This document shows positions 11,411 through 26,674 of a DNA stretch of 64,000 nucleotides, piece by piece (the stretch's first letter is position 1; every line of letters starts with the position of its first letter). This DNA comes from Spirochaetia bacterium. Its GTDB lineage: Bacteria; Spirochaetota; Spirochaetia; DSM-2461. A program made the translations under genes and the position numbers. The notes below the pieces were generated by a model. That model was given only the letters and a program-made list of their open reading frames with translations, searched no databases and was not told the origin of the DNA. The DNA lies in the NCBI GenBank assembly GCA_963666985.2, contig CAXXIA010000002.1, positions 256,001 to 320,000 on the forward strand, written 5' to 3'.

Positions 11411-11735
11411 ATGGTCAAGCCTCATGGAAAATTAGTATCGGTCTGTTGCATCTGTTTCCACACTTCCACAGCCGGCCTATCAACCAGGTATTCTTCCTGG
11501 TTCCTTCAGGGCTCTTAAAGAGCCTGGGATGTCTCATCTTGAGGGGGGCTTCCCACTTAAATGCTTTCAGCGGTTATCCCGTCCGAACGTAGCTACCCAG
11601 CACTTACCCTTGGCAGGATAACTGGTACACCAGAGGTTCGTCCATTTCAGTCCTCTCGTACTAAAAACAGATCCTCTCAAACATCCATCGCTCGAGGCAG
11701 ATAGGGACCGAACTGTCTCGCGACGTTCTGAACCC
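11411..11735 (-). pseudogene. rrl: 23S rRNA 3'-terminal fragment (~325 nt), decaying
   Basis: Begins abruptly at GGGTTCAGAACGTCGCGAGACAG; six substitutions versus the intact 23S (11425, 11438, 11446, 11560, 11649, 11695). Confidence 0.92.
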
Positions 11736-11914
11736 TTTTCTTGCCTGGATTCTTCCCGAATCATCTTTTTCTTGACGTTCATCGCTACCTAAAGACTGAC
11801 AGAACAGATTATTCGGCGGTTTTTACTTAACAAACCGCGATTCCTGTAGCGTTCTTGGTCCAGAACTCCGCACAACTCCTGAACTCGGAGATAGCTTTTC
11901 CTCTTAGTTTATCG

Positions 11915-13021
11915 TTACCCGTTGAAGAAGGCGCTCCAGTCGGGATCGGTATCAATATCCGTCGGACGGTCAGCCAGGAACGTATCAATGAAAGCCCACT
12001 CTATCAGGAAATCATCATAGTCGATATTATAAACCGGTTCAATTTGAGCTGCGGCATCTAGAAGAGCGGCAAGATCCGCGAGTTCGGATTGAAGATCGGC
12101 TACGATATTCTCCGACCCGGCATCGAGAAAATACTGGTTGAAATAGTCCCTGTAATAGTCCTGGAAAACCGAAGATTCCAGCATCCTGCTAGTCAGCCTG
12201 TTGTTGCCGCCGATTTCCGAATAGGAATACGAATGATCGTGGTCCCACGGAAGAACGCGTGCTCCATTATTGAAATAGATGTAGTAGTTCGAAAAGGAGA
12301 GGTTACTCACTCCAAAAAAATCCAGGACCACCATATAGCGGGCCATGTCTTCCAAGTCGACGTTTTCCTCGATCCAAGGGACCCATTGGGAAGTGGGCAT
12401 GTTGCGCGAATTCGCCTCGAGTCGTTCCAGGAGACTGAAGTCGTCGTCGTCCGGGAACTTCTTTTCGCTTCGACCTCGAATCGGAGAATCAGACATGTAT
12501 AAGATCTTGAACAACTGTCCGGAACCGCCGTAGTGATCATCCAATTCCTCCGAATAGAGCGGTAGCCTGTTGTAGTAGCCCAAATACTCGTTGTTCAGAA
12601 ACAAGCCGATCGGTTCAAGTTGCGGCACCGGCAGACCAACCCGTTCATAGGCATACATCGCCAGTTTGTATCCGAACCAGGAATCTCCGCCGCCGTCGAG
12701 GGCGACTTTGATCTCCTCACCGTCTTCGTCCGTGTATCTGAGGGTAAACGACTTCTTTGCATTTAATCTTGAATAATTGCCTCTTATGCGAATGTCGGCG
12801 TTCGAGATCATACTGCCGTCATCAAATCGGCACACCGCATAATTGCTGTAGGTGACACTGTCATAGAGAACCGCAAGTTCATCCTCTCCGATATAGATGT
12901 CAAATCGCGAAAGATTCCCGATATCCTGATTCGTCGAGGTGCGAAAACCAACGAACTCACCACAGGATGCGAGAATAAGGGACGCGGCGACTAAATATGG
13001 ACCTGGACCACGAGACCACAT
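11915..13021 (-). CDS. CotH-family atypical kinase, predicted lipoprotein
   Basis: GGAG RBS before ATG 13021; lipobox ILAS-C; CotH-like IRIRGNYSR..KKSF, LFLNNEYLGYY and PWDHDHSY motifs. Confidence 0.8.
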   Translation of the reverse strand: MWSRGPGPYLVAASLILASCGEFVGFRTSTNQDIGNLSRFDIYIGEDELAVLYDSVTYSNYAVCRFDDGSMISNADIRIRGNYSRLNAKKSFTLRYTDEDGEEIKVALDGGGDSWFGYKLAMYAYERVGLPVPQLEPIGLFLNNEYLGYYNRLPLYSEELDDHYGGSGQLFKILYMSDSPIRGRSEKKFPDDDDFSLLERLEANSRNMPTSQWVPWIEENVDLEDMARYMVVLDFFGVSNLSFSNYYIYFNNGARVLPWDHDHSYSYSEIGGNNRLTSRMLESSVFQDYYRDYFNQYFLDAGSENIVADLQSELADLAALLDAAAQIEPVYNIDYDDFLIEWAFIDTFLADRPTDIDTDPDWSAFFNG

Positions 13022-14124
13022 AGCAACTCCAAAGCCGTGACTAAAGCGGGGTCGTAATAAGTATTGATGCCCAATCCCAGATCGAACTGTATCAGAAAGG
13101 TTTTGTCCCAATCAAAGGTGTTCCCAGCTCGTACTTGAACACAGGAACTTTCCGGTCGGTCGATCTGATGAATCAGGTAGGAAAGGCTCAATCCGGGACG
13201 CCAGACGAAATCGTCTTTCCCGACGCCCCAACCGGCGTAGACGTCCGTACCCCACAACCACGTAACGTCATTGCCGCCCGCTTAGTGGACGTATCCAATT
13301 GGATCGACGAGGTTGTTCGCCAGAGTCGTCTCGAATTTATACATGAGACCGCGGCGCTTCGAATAATCGGCCGCGACGATGTTGAATAGGAAGTTGTTGT
13401 CGTGAGTATACGTATGAAGCCTGTATTCGTGATACCAATACGGATAATAAGATGCCGTTACACCGACATACGTATCCTCGCCGGCAAAAGCCCAGAGAAA
13501 GGCACCGTCGATTTGAACTTCCCGCGCCGACGGCTGAAAGTACAAATGAACCTGTCCGGATATCGGCTCGTCTTTCCCCTTGTATTTCCTGTAATAGCGA
13601 GCCCCTACGGCTCCAGATGTGTACCAACCCATATCGGCCAGGCGTTCCCGGATGGGATTTGATTCTCCGACGATGTTCTGCTTAGAAGTCAGGATGTCGT
13701 CAAGAAGAAGCCAGCTATCAAACAATCCGACTTTAATGTTCCAGGAACCGAAGTCGTATTTCCCCCAGACCTCTTCAAGTCGTATCGCATCAGTTCCGAT
13801 GTCCACTCCGATTTGGAAATCCCAATCGTCCTTGACCTCGTAGGTCAACGCAGTATCGCAACCCAGTGCGAAATAGTCCTCAAAGATACGATCCTGATCG
13901 ATATCGAAGTAGAATTTCGTATCCAGCGTGAGATCCTTGCCTAATTCGATATCTCCGTACACGAAGTGGATCCCGATTCCCAAGAAAAGAGCAAAGACTA
14001 TGTTTCGACGATGTATGCTCAGCAGTGTGTTCCCTTCTATCGATGAATACTGGAACCTCGTCGGGTCGCCCCATCCCGTTCGGGGAGCGATCACGAACTC
14101 GATCCTTACTTCTTCGTGATTCAA
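12991..14124 (-). pseudogene. Outer-membrane porin-like protein (OprO/OprP-like) split by an in-frame TAA; true start uncertain
   Basis: ORFs 13282-14124 and 12991-13257 share one frame and are separated only by TAA at 13284-13282; signal-peptide-like N-terminal stretch; aromatic beta-strand pattern. Confidence 0.65.
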
Positions 14125-14525
14125 ATGGTCAGTGATTTCGCTTCGCCGACGACACCGACAATATGAATTGTGTTAATTTCGGTTAAAATAGTCAACGGCT
14201 TGATGAATTGAATCTTCGCGCTCTTCTTCGAAGTCCACAGCACATTGAGTAGGCGTCCGATCCCGTCTTTTCCTTGATGGCATCGATCGTTTCGGGATCC
14301 AACGCAGATCGACTCGCAGACACATTGATTCTGTAAACATTGGTGAATTGGTGCCACATACCGAATTGAACCCGATTCAGAATGAGCATGAGGACAGCGA
14401 TAAAAGCCGTCAGAACCAAGGCATGTCCAATCCTGAGGAGAGTCCAACCATACTATGGCGAGGAAGATATACGACATGTCCACCGGATTCTCAAGGGTGC
14501 AGGTCAACGCTTCTACAGTCATCGC
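14121..14525 (-). pseudogene. Frameshifted remnant resembling a DUF4956 membrane protein
   Basis: Segments ENPVDMSYIFLAI / MVGLSSGL / VLTAFIAVLMLIL lie in different frames and resemble the DUF4956 'dp.D..ylF.aia.Gla.G' pattern. Confidence 0.4.
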
Positions 14526-14529
14526 TATA

Positions 14530-14589
14530 GCAAGAAAAGCCCCAAGCATTGGAGTAAAAGAAAAGCAAGATGCTCAATCTCCAAAACTT

Positions 14590-14597
<8 letters not shown>
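14530..14597 (-). terminator. rrn operon terminator-like hairpin
   Basis: AAGCCCCAAG (14537-14546) pairs with CTTGGGGCTT (14587-14596), inner TTGGAG/CTCCAA; followed by a T-rich tract on the minus strand directly after 5S. Confidence 0.6.
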
Positions 14598-18101
<3,504 letters not shown>

Positions 18102-18293
18102 ATATTATTCTTTAACCCTTCCCTATTAGGTCCAATTCACCTTGGACGTGCAAATTACAACGTCTATGTGAGCCGAAAGCGGAAATAGACTTGGTAATTT
18201 GCCAAGACGGCCAAATGAATTGGACCGCTCGCCATGTTACCGACGAATCCAGATCTGCCGATTCACGCTCACGTAAATCAAACCTCATTACTA

Positions 18294-18305
18294 TTTCAAA
18301 GAACA
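18294..18305 (-). promoter_or_regulatory. boxA antitermination element in the ITS
   Basis: TGTTCTTTGAAA between tRNA-Ile and 23S. Confidence 0.7.
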
Positions 18306-18380
18306 AGCTCCCTTAGGAGCTTCGGACCCGCCTCAACGAGATCAATTCAACAGAACCGATCAATAAGGCGCGACGCCAAT

Positions 18381-18454
<74 letters not shown>

Positions 18455-18720
18455 GGATGCTTGGCCGAGCAGCAAGCGTGCTTGCGACCAGACCCGATTT
18501 CATAATTCTTTTCGGAACAGAGAAGAGAAGAAAGAGACACGCTTTGCGGCCGAAGCCGCATCCTGTCGAAACTCGAATACTCGCTAAAACGCTTACGCAT
18601 TTCAGCTGTTTTGCGTCGGCATACACAAAATCCGACGACTTTTGGACTGTTACCGTCCTTGTGCTCGCTACGTTCCTCGGCCAAAGACCTGCGGTACGCA
18701 GCTGCTTACCTTTCACATTG

Positions 18721-20262
<1,542 letters not shown>

Positions 20263-20690
20263 ATAATAAGCGTCCGAAGACGCTCTTTCTCATAGGTGTT
20301 CTTCGCCATCTCTCAATCCTAAAATTAAGTCATGGCTTTCGTGCCCTCATCGGACACCGGGGTGGCTCACCCCTTGCCAGAGTCGTATCACAGGAACTCT
20401 CGCTCCTATAACAACCCCGACATCATTGACGAGTTCTTAACTCGACAAGATTCTTAGAATGCGATTTTTCTTTCTTGCAAAAGTAAAATCACACCCCAGA
20501 ACAGGCGCACTCCGCGACATTTCATTCGCCGCTTCACGCGCCACGCGTGGTCTCTTTCTTCCCTTCCCTGTTCTTTATCGATTTGGCAATCGGATATGAA
20601 TCCGTTTACAAGACCGATCATCTAAAAAGAACTACCGAACGGCATTCGTGTACCGTCCTTAACGCACCCCAGTGTTTGAAGCGCTCGATG

Positions 20691-20719
20691 AAAGTACGCC
20701 ATGCGAATAAAAAAGTCAA
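20691..20719 (-). promoter_or_regulatory. rrn promoter
   Basis: TTGACT-17 nt-TACTTT; boxA-like GTTCTTTTTAGA ~60 nt downstream. Confidence 0.7.
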
Positions 20720-20815
20720 GGCGTCTGAAAAGAAATATTTAACAGTATTTCAACAGACGGCCCCTCATGGCGGTTGAAGACCAAAAAGAACGGCGATTCC
20801 ATGATAAATCGCCGA

Positions 20816-21412
20816 CTAATCCGACATGAATTTCTTGTGTGTATCGGTTTTCAGATAACCGAGGAAATAATCAATAAAGGAAAAGAGCGCCGCGGCAGCC
20901 GAAATGATGAATAATCCCGCGACAATCAGCTCCGCGCGATTCATCCATTCGAAATTCGGCCGCCAAGCCCTGAGGGTCAGCACACTCAGTCCGCCGAGAC
21001 CGCTGATAAAATATAATACCGATTTAAGCTTTCCGCCTTTATTCGCCGCCAAGGCAATTCCTTCACGGGCCAGCAGCATCCTGACGAACATTATGCCCAA
21101 TTCCCTCCAAAGGATAATGGCAAGAGTCCAAATAGGCATTAATCCTGCGCCGACAAAGCATACGAAATAGGTTATCCGCAGAAAAACATCGGAGAACGGA
21201 TCCATCAGCTTTCCAATATCACTGACTTGCCCGCGCGATCGGGCAAAATGCCCGTCAAGAATGTCGGTTATTTCACTGACTATAAAAAGAATCCAGAGAA
21301 GAAACGTCCCGACCTTTGGAAACAGCCCGAGATGAAAGGGCAAATACCAAGAAAAGAATACAAGCGGCGTACAGAACAGTCTTGTCAAAGTGAGTTTGTT
21401 TGAAAGGGTCAT
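20816..21412 (-). CDS. pgsA: CDP-diacylglycerol--glycerol-3-phosphate 3-phosphatidyltransferase
   Basis: NKLTLTR start; CDP-alcohol phosphotransferase motif DILDGHFARSRGQVSDIGKLMDPFSD; start reassigned to ATG 21412. Confidence 0.92.
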   Translation of the reverse strand: MTLSNKLTLTRLFCTPLVFFSWYLPFHLGLFPKVGTFLLWILFIVSEITDILDGHFARSRGQVSDIGKLMDPFSDVFLRITYFVCFVGAGLMPIWTLAIILWRELGIMFVRMLLAREGIALAANKGGKLKSVLYFISGLGGLSVLTLRAWRPNFEWMNRAELIVAGLFIISAAAALFSFIDYFLGYLKTDTHKKFMSD

Positions 21413-21548
21413 TGCCTCAAATATAGGCCTGCTCTTCAAAGGGGTCAACAAAGAGCCGTTTTCTCCGGTAAAAGAAGGACCGCGTGATACGCACCGGGGG
21501 CCCGCGGCCATGCACGGCGCCCCCTTCCGCCCCGAAAAGACCAGCCGA

Positions 21549-23096
21549 TCAGCCCGCCCTGTATTTCGTTCGCAAATAATCCAGAAAGAAAGTCGGATTG
21601 ACCGAATCACCGGTTACCCGCCGGCAGAGATTTTCGGGCGTGTGGATTCTTCCATGTTCATGGATTTCCCTGCGCAGCCATCCGAGTACGGCTCCCGAAT
21701 CACCGCGGCGGAAAACATCGTCCAATGAGCCGATCTCTTTTTCCATGGCATTCGCGAACTGAGCGGCATAGAGATTCCCCAAGGCATAGGTGGGAAAATA
21801 TCCGAGCAGCCCGCAAGACCAATGAACATCCTGAAGACAACCGTCGGCATCGTTCATCGGCTCAATACCCAAATATTTCTTATAGGACTCCCGCCAGGCC
21901 CCGGGAAGATCGTCGACTGTCAGATCGCCTGAAATCAGGGCCCGTTCCAGACGAAATCGGATAATGATGTGATACGAATAGGTTACCTCGTCCGCATCCA
22001 CACGAATCAAACTCGGTCTGACGATATTCACCGCCCGGTAAAAATCCTCAACGCCGACTCCTTCCAAACAATCGGGGAACAGCGTGGTGAAATCATGAAA
22101 CCAGAAATCCCAGAAGGCTCGGGATCGACCCACGATATTCTCCCAAAACCGCGACTGAGATTCATGGATTCCCAGACCGGCCCCGTCGGCAAGCGTGGTT
22201 CCTCTGACGGACAATCCCATGCCCTGTTCATAGAGCCCGTGGCCGGCTTCATGAATATTGCTGAACAATCCGGAAAAAACATTTCTCTCGTCGTATCGCG
22301 TGGTAACACGAATATCATCCGGCCCCAAAGTAGTCGTGAACGGATGAGCACTCAGGTCGAGACGGCCCCTTTTCGCATCGAAACCCATGAATTCCTGTAT
22401 TCGCTTACCGAAGATATCCTGCTTGTCGATCGGATAGGATTGATTCAGGAAAGGCGCGGAAACGGCAGGCCGCGATAAAATGGATTCCAGTATGGGGTTC
22501 AGCCCTTTAAGCAGTTCGTCGAAAAGAACAGAAAGCTGATCCCCTCTCGCTCCGGGTTCATAGTCATCCAATAAAGTGTCATAGATATCGCCCTCCGGAG
22601 AAACCGCCGCCGCGTACTCTTTCTCCAGTTCGATAACCGTCGCCAGATGCGGTGCGAACGAATCGTAATCATCATTCTTCCGCGAGTTAACCCACGCCGA
22701 CTGCGATAAAGAGGTTTCCCGGGCCAGATCCTCGACAAGCTTTTTCGGAACATTCACGGCCTTTTTCCAGCGCTTATGAACCTCCCGGAAAAACGCGGCT
22801 CCCACTTCACCGGCCGAATCGGCCGAGTCGGCCGCTTGAGGATTGGGCGCGGAGGATTCGTTAAGCGCGCCCTCCTCCCCTATCCCGACGGCGGAAAATA
22901 AATCACTCCATTCGGCATCGATAATCCGCTCATGGCGCATTCCGGCCAGCAAGGCCGTTTGAGCGGCCCTTTCCTTTGAGGCATCTTCGGGCATATAGGT
23001 TTCCTGATCCCACTCCAAGAGCGCAATGATCTGACCGAGACGGACAACTTCCGCGTCCTTGGCCTTCAGACGTTCCAATGCATCTTTAATATTCAT
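21549..23096 (-). CDS. Carboxypeptidase M32 (Taq carboxypeptidase family)
   Basis: HPF, DIRVTTR, HEAGHGLYEQ, HESQSRFWEN, QDVHW, GYFPTYALG. Confidence 0.95.
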   Translation of the reverse strand: MNIKDALERLKAKDAEVVRLGQIIALLEWDQETYMPEDASKERAAQTALLAGMRHERIIDAEWSDLFSAVGIGEEGALNESSAPNPQAADSADSAGEVGAAFFREVHKRWKKAVNVPKKLVEDLARETSLSQSAWVNSRKNDDYDSFAPHLATVIELEKEYAAAVSPEGDIYDTLLDDYEPGARGDQLSVLFDELLKGLNPILESILSRPAVSAPFLNQSYPIDKQDIFGKRIQEFMGFDAKRGRLDLSAHPFTTTLGPDDIRVTTRYDERNVFSGLFSNIHEAGHGLYEQGMGLSVRGTTLADGAGLGIHESQSRFWENIVGRSRAFWDFWFHDFTTLFPDCLEGVGVEDFYRAVNIVRPSLIRVDADEVTYSYHIIIRFRLERALISGDLTVDDLPGAWRESYKKYLGIEPMNDADGCLQDVHWSCGLLGYFPTYALGNLYAAQFANAMEKEIGSLDDVFRRGDSGAVLGWLRREIHEHGRIHTPENLCRRVTGDSVNPTFFLDYLRTKYRAG

Positions 23097-23293
23097 AGTG
23101 TCTCAATCCCTCGCGTTTCGGCTTTCAACCGGCGGTCGGAAGATGTTCCGCGATTCTCGGGAATCTCCGTACCGATATTACGGACCCGGCTTACCGCCAC
23201 AATTCCGGCAAACATCCGAATCATCCATATTCAGCCGAACTCCATGATATCCGGCGCGGCCGGAGTCGAGAAGTGAATAGAAGCAAGACCTAA

Positions 23294-23433
23294 CAGGCTG
23301 TTGAAAAAGTAAGATTTGGTTCGAAGATAGCGAGCGAGACTCGCAGCTCGCTGCCGAATCAAGCACAGAAAGCGCAGCGTACTGGCTGATTCAACGCCGT
23401 ATACGAGCCATAAGGTCCTTTTTCAACAGCCTG
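23294..23433. mobile_element. 140-bp MITE, copy 2
   Basis: Same 16-bp TIRs as 10598-10759; 22-bp internal deletion; flanks CTAA/CTGA. Confidence 0.85.
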
Positions 23434-23647
23434 CTGATAAAACCCTTGCCGGCGTACCTGATGAATCTGTGGAATCAAGAAGCGGCCGCAGGGGGAGGTC
23501 TCCCGATGACTCCGATGCGGCCCTTCCCGAAAAAAAGGGACCGTCCCTCCCGGAACGGCCCCCGCCTTATCTTTGAGCCTCCCGATTACCGCCCGCACGT
23601 GGCGGCATCCCGGGAAAATCATTACAGTGAAGAGCCCGCCGGGGGCT

Positions 23648-24382
23648 TTATCGCCGCTTCACAGAACCGCGTCCGCTTATGCTTACCCGCTCTTCGGAAA
23701 CCTCTCCGGTATACGTAATGCGTCCCCAACCGCTGATGCCGCCCTCCAGAACACCGCCGTCCATAAACAGCCGAACTCCACCGGCGCCGTCGAGATCAAC
23801 CCGAGCGTTTTTCACGGGCATTTCCGTCAAATCCACATGACCGATTCCATCAAGTCTGATGAAGATGTTTTCAACCGACGAATCTTCGGCAACCACACCG
23901 GCGGCTCCTCCGATTTCCAAGTTCATCGACTCTTCATGAAATCCGGATAAGTTGATTTCACCAGATCCGGTCATATTAACGCCGGAGAGCAACGGCATTC
24001 CGATAAACGCTTCGGGACCCGAGTCGGAGCAATCCTGCATCAGGCAGGAAAGAACGAGGGTGCGGCCCTCGGTTCTTACGGAGATCTCATCACTCATGGA
24101 TTTAGGGTAAGAAATATCAATCGAATATCCGGTACTTTTATGCAATTGCACCGACCAAGCACCGTCGATCAGGATTTCATCGAAGTCTTTAAAATCGGGA
24201 GACATCGATTCCCTGCGGTCATCATCTTGCCTGTGTGAAGTTTTTCTAATGCCGTTATTACGGGAGACGGATTCGGGAACGAAATCCCAGCCGATCGCGA
24301 TTCTCCCGAGAATCATCACCATCAGCATTATCAGAAGAACCGTTCCCGTGGCAATCAGCAATATTTTCGCGCTGCTTCTCAT
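23648..24382 (-). CDS. DUF2807/GIN-domain membrane-anchored protein
   Basis: N-terminal TM; repeated G-x-G-x-(I/V) beta-solenoid motifs ending SISGRGSV. Confidence 0.7.
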   Translation of the reverse strand: MRSSAKILLIATGTVLLIMLMVMILGRIAIGWDFVPESVSRNNGIRKTSHRQDDDRRESMSPDFKDFDEILIDGAWSVQLHKSTGYSIDISYPKSMSDEISVRTEGRTLVLSCLMQDCSDSGPEAFIGMPLLSGVNMTGSGEINLSGFHEESMNLEIGGAAGVVAEDSSVENIFIRLDGIGHVDLTEMPVKNARVDLDGAGGVRLFMDGGVLEGGISGWGRITYTGEVSEERVSISGRGSVKRR

Positions 24383-24750
24383 TGCGCATGCTCCTTCCCT
24401 CGCCGTTCGTAGAGGGTAACCAATTCCCGTATATCCATTCCAATTTTCTCCATCATTTCGAAGATTCTCGGAAGATCCTCCTCGATGAAAATTTTTCTCA
24501 TATCATCCATGATCTTTTCCTGTGCCTCTTCGCCGACGAAATACCCGATACCGCGGCGATTCTCAATAATTCCTTCATCCAGCAGCGACTGGTAACTCCG
24601 GGCGACCGTGTTGGGATTCACACCGAGATTCACGGCCATTTCACGAACCGAAGGAATTTTCTCTCCGGCGCTCCATTCTCCGCCGGCGATACGATCGCTG
24701 ACCTGATCCGCAATTTGCTGATAGATTCCCTTGGGCTGATTAAATTCCAT
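24379..24750 (-). CDS. GntR-family regulator, YtrA subfamily
   Basis: IYQQIAD..KIPSVREMA..VNPNTVARSY..RRGIGYFV; short C-terminal domain. Confidence 0.93.
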   Translation of the reverse strand: MEFNQPKGIYQQIADQVSDRIAGGEWSAGEKIPSVREMAVNLGVNPNTVARSYQSLLDEGIIENRRGIGYFVGEEAQEKIMDDMRKIFIEEDLPRIFEMMEKIGMDIRELVTLYERRGKEHAQ

Positions 24751-25528
24751 AGCTGCTTTGGGTTTCCCTCACCCTGAACCAGGATAGAATCCAGCATAAC
24801 GGAGCCATTATTCCGTAAAGGAAAACCTTACCCATCGTCTCCAGAACCGAAAGGAGTACGGGGAAACGTGATTCAATGACACGGGCGATATCGAAGCGGA
24901 TATCCTTCGGGACAAAAAAGCCGTCGAAATAAGGCGCATAGACGATGCGGAAGAGTCCTCCCGCGATCAATCCGAAAGCGAAAATAAAAAGGATAACCGC
25001 CAAAACCGTTTTAACGAAATGCGTTTTCTTGAACCACGCCGCTCCCAAAAAGAAAATCGACTGTATGATGATGGCATATCCGATAACCGGCCAATTGCAC
25101 CCCGCGAACGGATTAAACGGAATAAAGGAAAAACCGAACACCAATGATGTCACGGTTTCGGCAATCATCGAGCCCGCCGTGATGAAAATCAGGATGAAAA
25201 GGGGCAGAATTACGGAAACCGTCAGCAGCCGGACCAATGTCTTCTCCAGCGCCGAAGCGGGCAGAAGCAGAAAGGCCTCATTCTTATCCTTATCGTGCAG
25301 CTCCATGAAAGCACGGCTTGCCGCGATACAGCCCCAGATAAAAAGCGTCCCGAAGAAATAGGCGCTGTATTCCATGGATCGCCCCCCTTCGATAAGGGCC
25401 CCGAGAAACGAAAAGATTATCATGGACCCGGAAACCGCCGCGGCAGCGATGAGGTTTCCTCTCCAGGAATCGAACAGATCCTTTCGAGTCAAATACCAAA
25501 GACGCTTCAAGCTCAGGATACGGCTCAT
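24740..25528 (-). CDS. ABC-2 type permease
   Basis: About six TM segments, LLLPASALEK motif; coupled to the ATPase gene. Confidence 0.75.
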   Translation of the reverse strand: MSRILSLKRLWYLTRKDLFDSWRGNLIAAAAVSGSMIIFSFLGALIEGGRSMEYSAYFFGTLFIWGCIAASRAFMELHDKDKNEAFLLLPASALEKTLVRLLTVSVILPLFILIFITAGSMIAETVTSLVFGFSFIPFNPFAGCNWPVIGYAIIIQSIFFLGAAWFKKTHFVKTVLAVILFIFAFGLIAGGLFRIVYAPYFDGFFVPKDIRFDIARVIESRFPVLLSVLETMGKVFLYGIMAPLCWILSWFRVRETQSSYGI

Positions 25529-26379
25529 ACGGTACCTCTCTTTGCACTGAAAACCGTTTCATACACCTCCGGACGGGAAATGACGGTGTTGAAGAGAATC
25601 TCCAAATCTATGGGACCTCCGTTCTCATCGGCTCCTTTCCACACCGACCAATACCCTCCCACGGAGGCTTCCGTGTAAAGAAGTCCTTCGGCATCCGATT
25701 TGGGCGGCGATGAGGTACGGGTCATATGAATACAGTCGTAAACCTCGTTCATCCCATGGTCGAAAATCACCTTCCCCTCATGAAGGATGGTCACCGGATC
25801 AATCAGGGAATCCACATCCCGAACCTGATGTGTCGAAATGATAAAAAGCCTCTCGTCATCAAGCGCCTCGGCGACCAGCCGGCGAAAAAGCCCTTTGGAC
25901 GGAATATCCAGTCCGTTGGTCGGCTCATCCAGAACCAAAAGCTCACAGCCGCAGGCCATTCCGAACGACAGAAGAAACTTCTTTTTCTGACCGTAGGAAA
26001 GCTTGTGAAGCTTCTTCCCCCTGGGGAGATCGAATTCCCGAAGGTAGCGCTCAAAGCGCTCGTTGTCGAAACGCGGATAAAACGCCGAATGGGATACGAC
26101 GAATTCCTGCTCCGACATAGCCGGAGTGTAGATTTCCTCCGGCAAAACGAAAATGCGGGAAAGAAAATCGGGATACCTGCGGGAAGGAGTCTCTCCGAGT
26201 ACGGTGATATCTCCCGCCTTCGGAAAAAGAAGCCCCGAGAAGAGTTTCATCAGCGTGCTTTTCCCCGCGCCGTTGAGTCCCAAGAGCCCGTAAATGTTGC
26301 CTTTATGCATTTCCAGGCTCAACTCATCAAATAGAATGCTTCCGTTGTACCCGAAAGTCATCCCTGCAAGTGAAATCAT
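25525..26379 (-). CDS. ABC transporter ATP-binding protein (YtrB-like)
   Basis: GLNGAGKST, LSYGQKK, LVLDEPTNGLD, ISTH. Confidence 0.92.
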   Translation of the reverse strand: MISLAGMTFGYNGSILFDELSLEMHKGNIYGLLGLNGAGKSTLMKLFSGLLFPKAGDITVLGETPSRRYPDFLSRIFVLPEEIYTPAMSEQEFVVSHSAFYPRFDNERFERYLREFDLPRGKKLHKLSYGQKKKFLLSFGMACGCELLVLDEPTNGLDIPSKGLFRRLVAEALDDERLFIISTHQVRDVDSLIDPVTILHEGKVIFDHGMNEVYDCIHMTRTSSPPKSDAEGLLYTEASVGGYWSVWKGADENGGPIDLEILFNTVISRPEVYETVFSAKRGTV

Positions 26380-26400
26380 GTCTTATCGTCCTCCTAGACT

Positions 26401-26424
26401 ACTGTACTACCACAGTAGCACAGT
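26401..26424. promoter_or_regulatory. Putative YtrA-type operator
   Basis: Imperfect palindrome ACTGTACTAC-CACA-GTAGCACAGT just upstream of the ABC operon RBS. Confidence 0.7.
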
Positions 26425-26674
26425 AGTGCAATAAATTCAACTTCTTATAAAAGGTTTACGAAGCTTTCTTCTTTTTTAGTACGAGGAGGAGGGTTTTCAA
26501 CGGTCTCTATAGGACGCATTCATGCGGAAAATGTTAATTCTGTTTGCGCTCTGTTATTACTTTATTTACCCCAGGTCAATTATTCTCATGAAAACGCCGT
26601 ATTTCTTGCGTTTCCATGAATTTACTGTAAGTTAAACGTGAGAAGGCATCCCAGTCGGATACCGGGGAGAGACC

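Larger units (their letters stand above)
10832..11735. repeat. 904-bp direct repeat, copy B (23S 3' end + spacer + 5S), diverged
   Basis: Collinear with 14590-15493 at a constant offset of 3758 bp. Confidence 0.95.

Noticed and set aside
10832..11735. The duplication as a simple assembly repeat artefact
   Set aside because: The copies differ at many positions, including a whole alternative hairpin; read-level confirmation is still needed.
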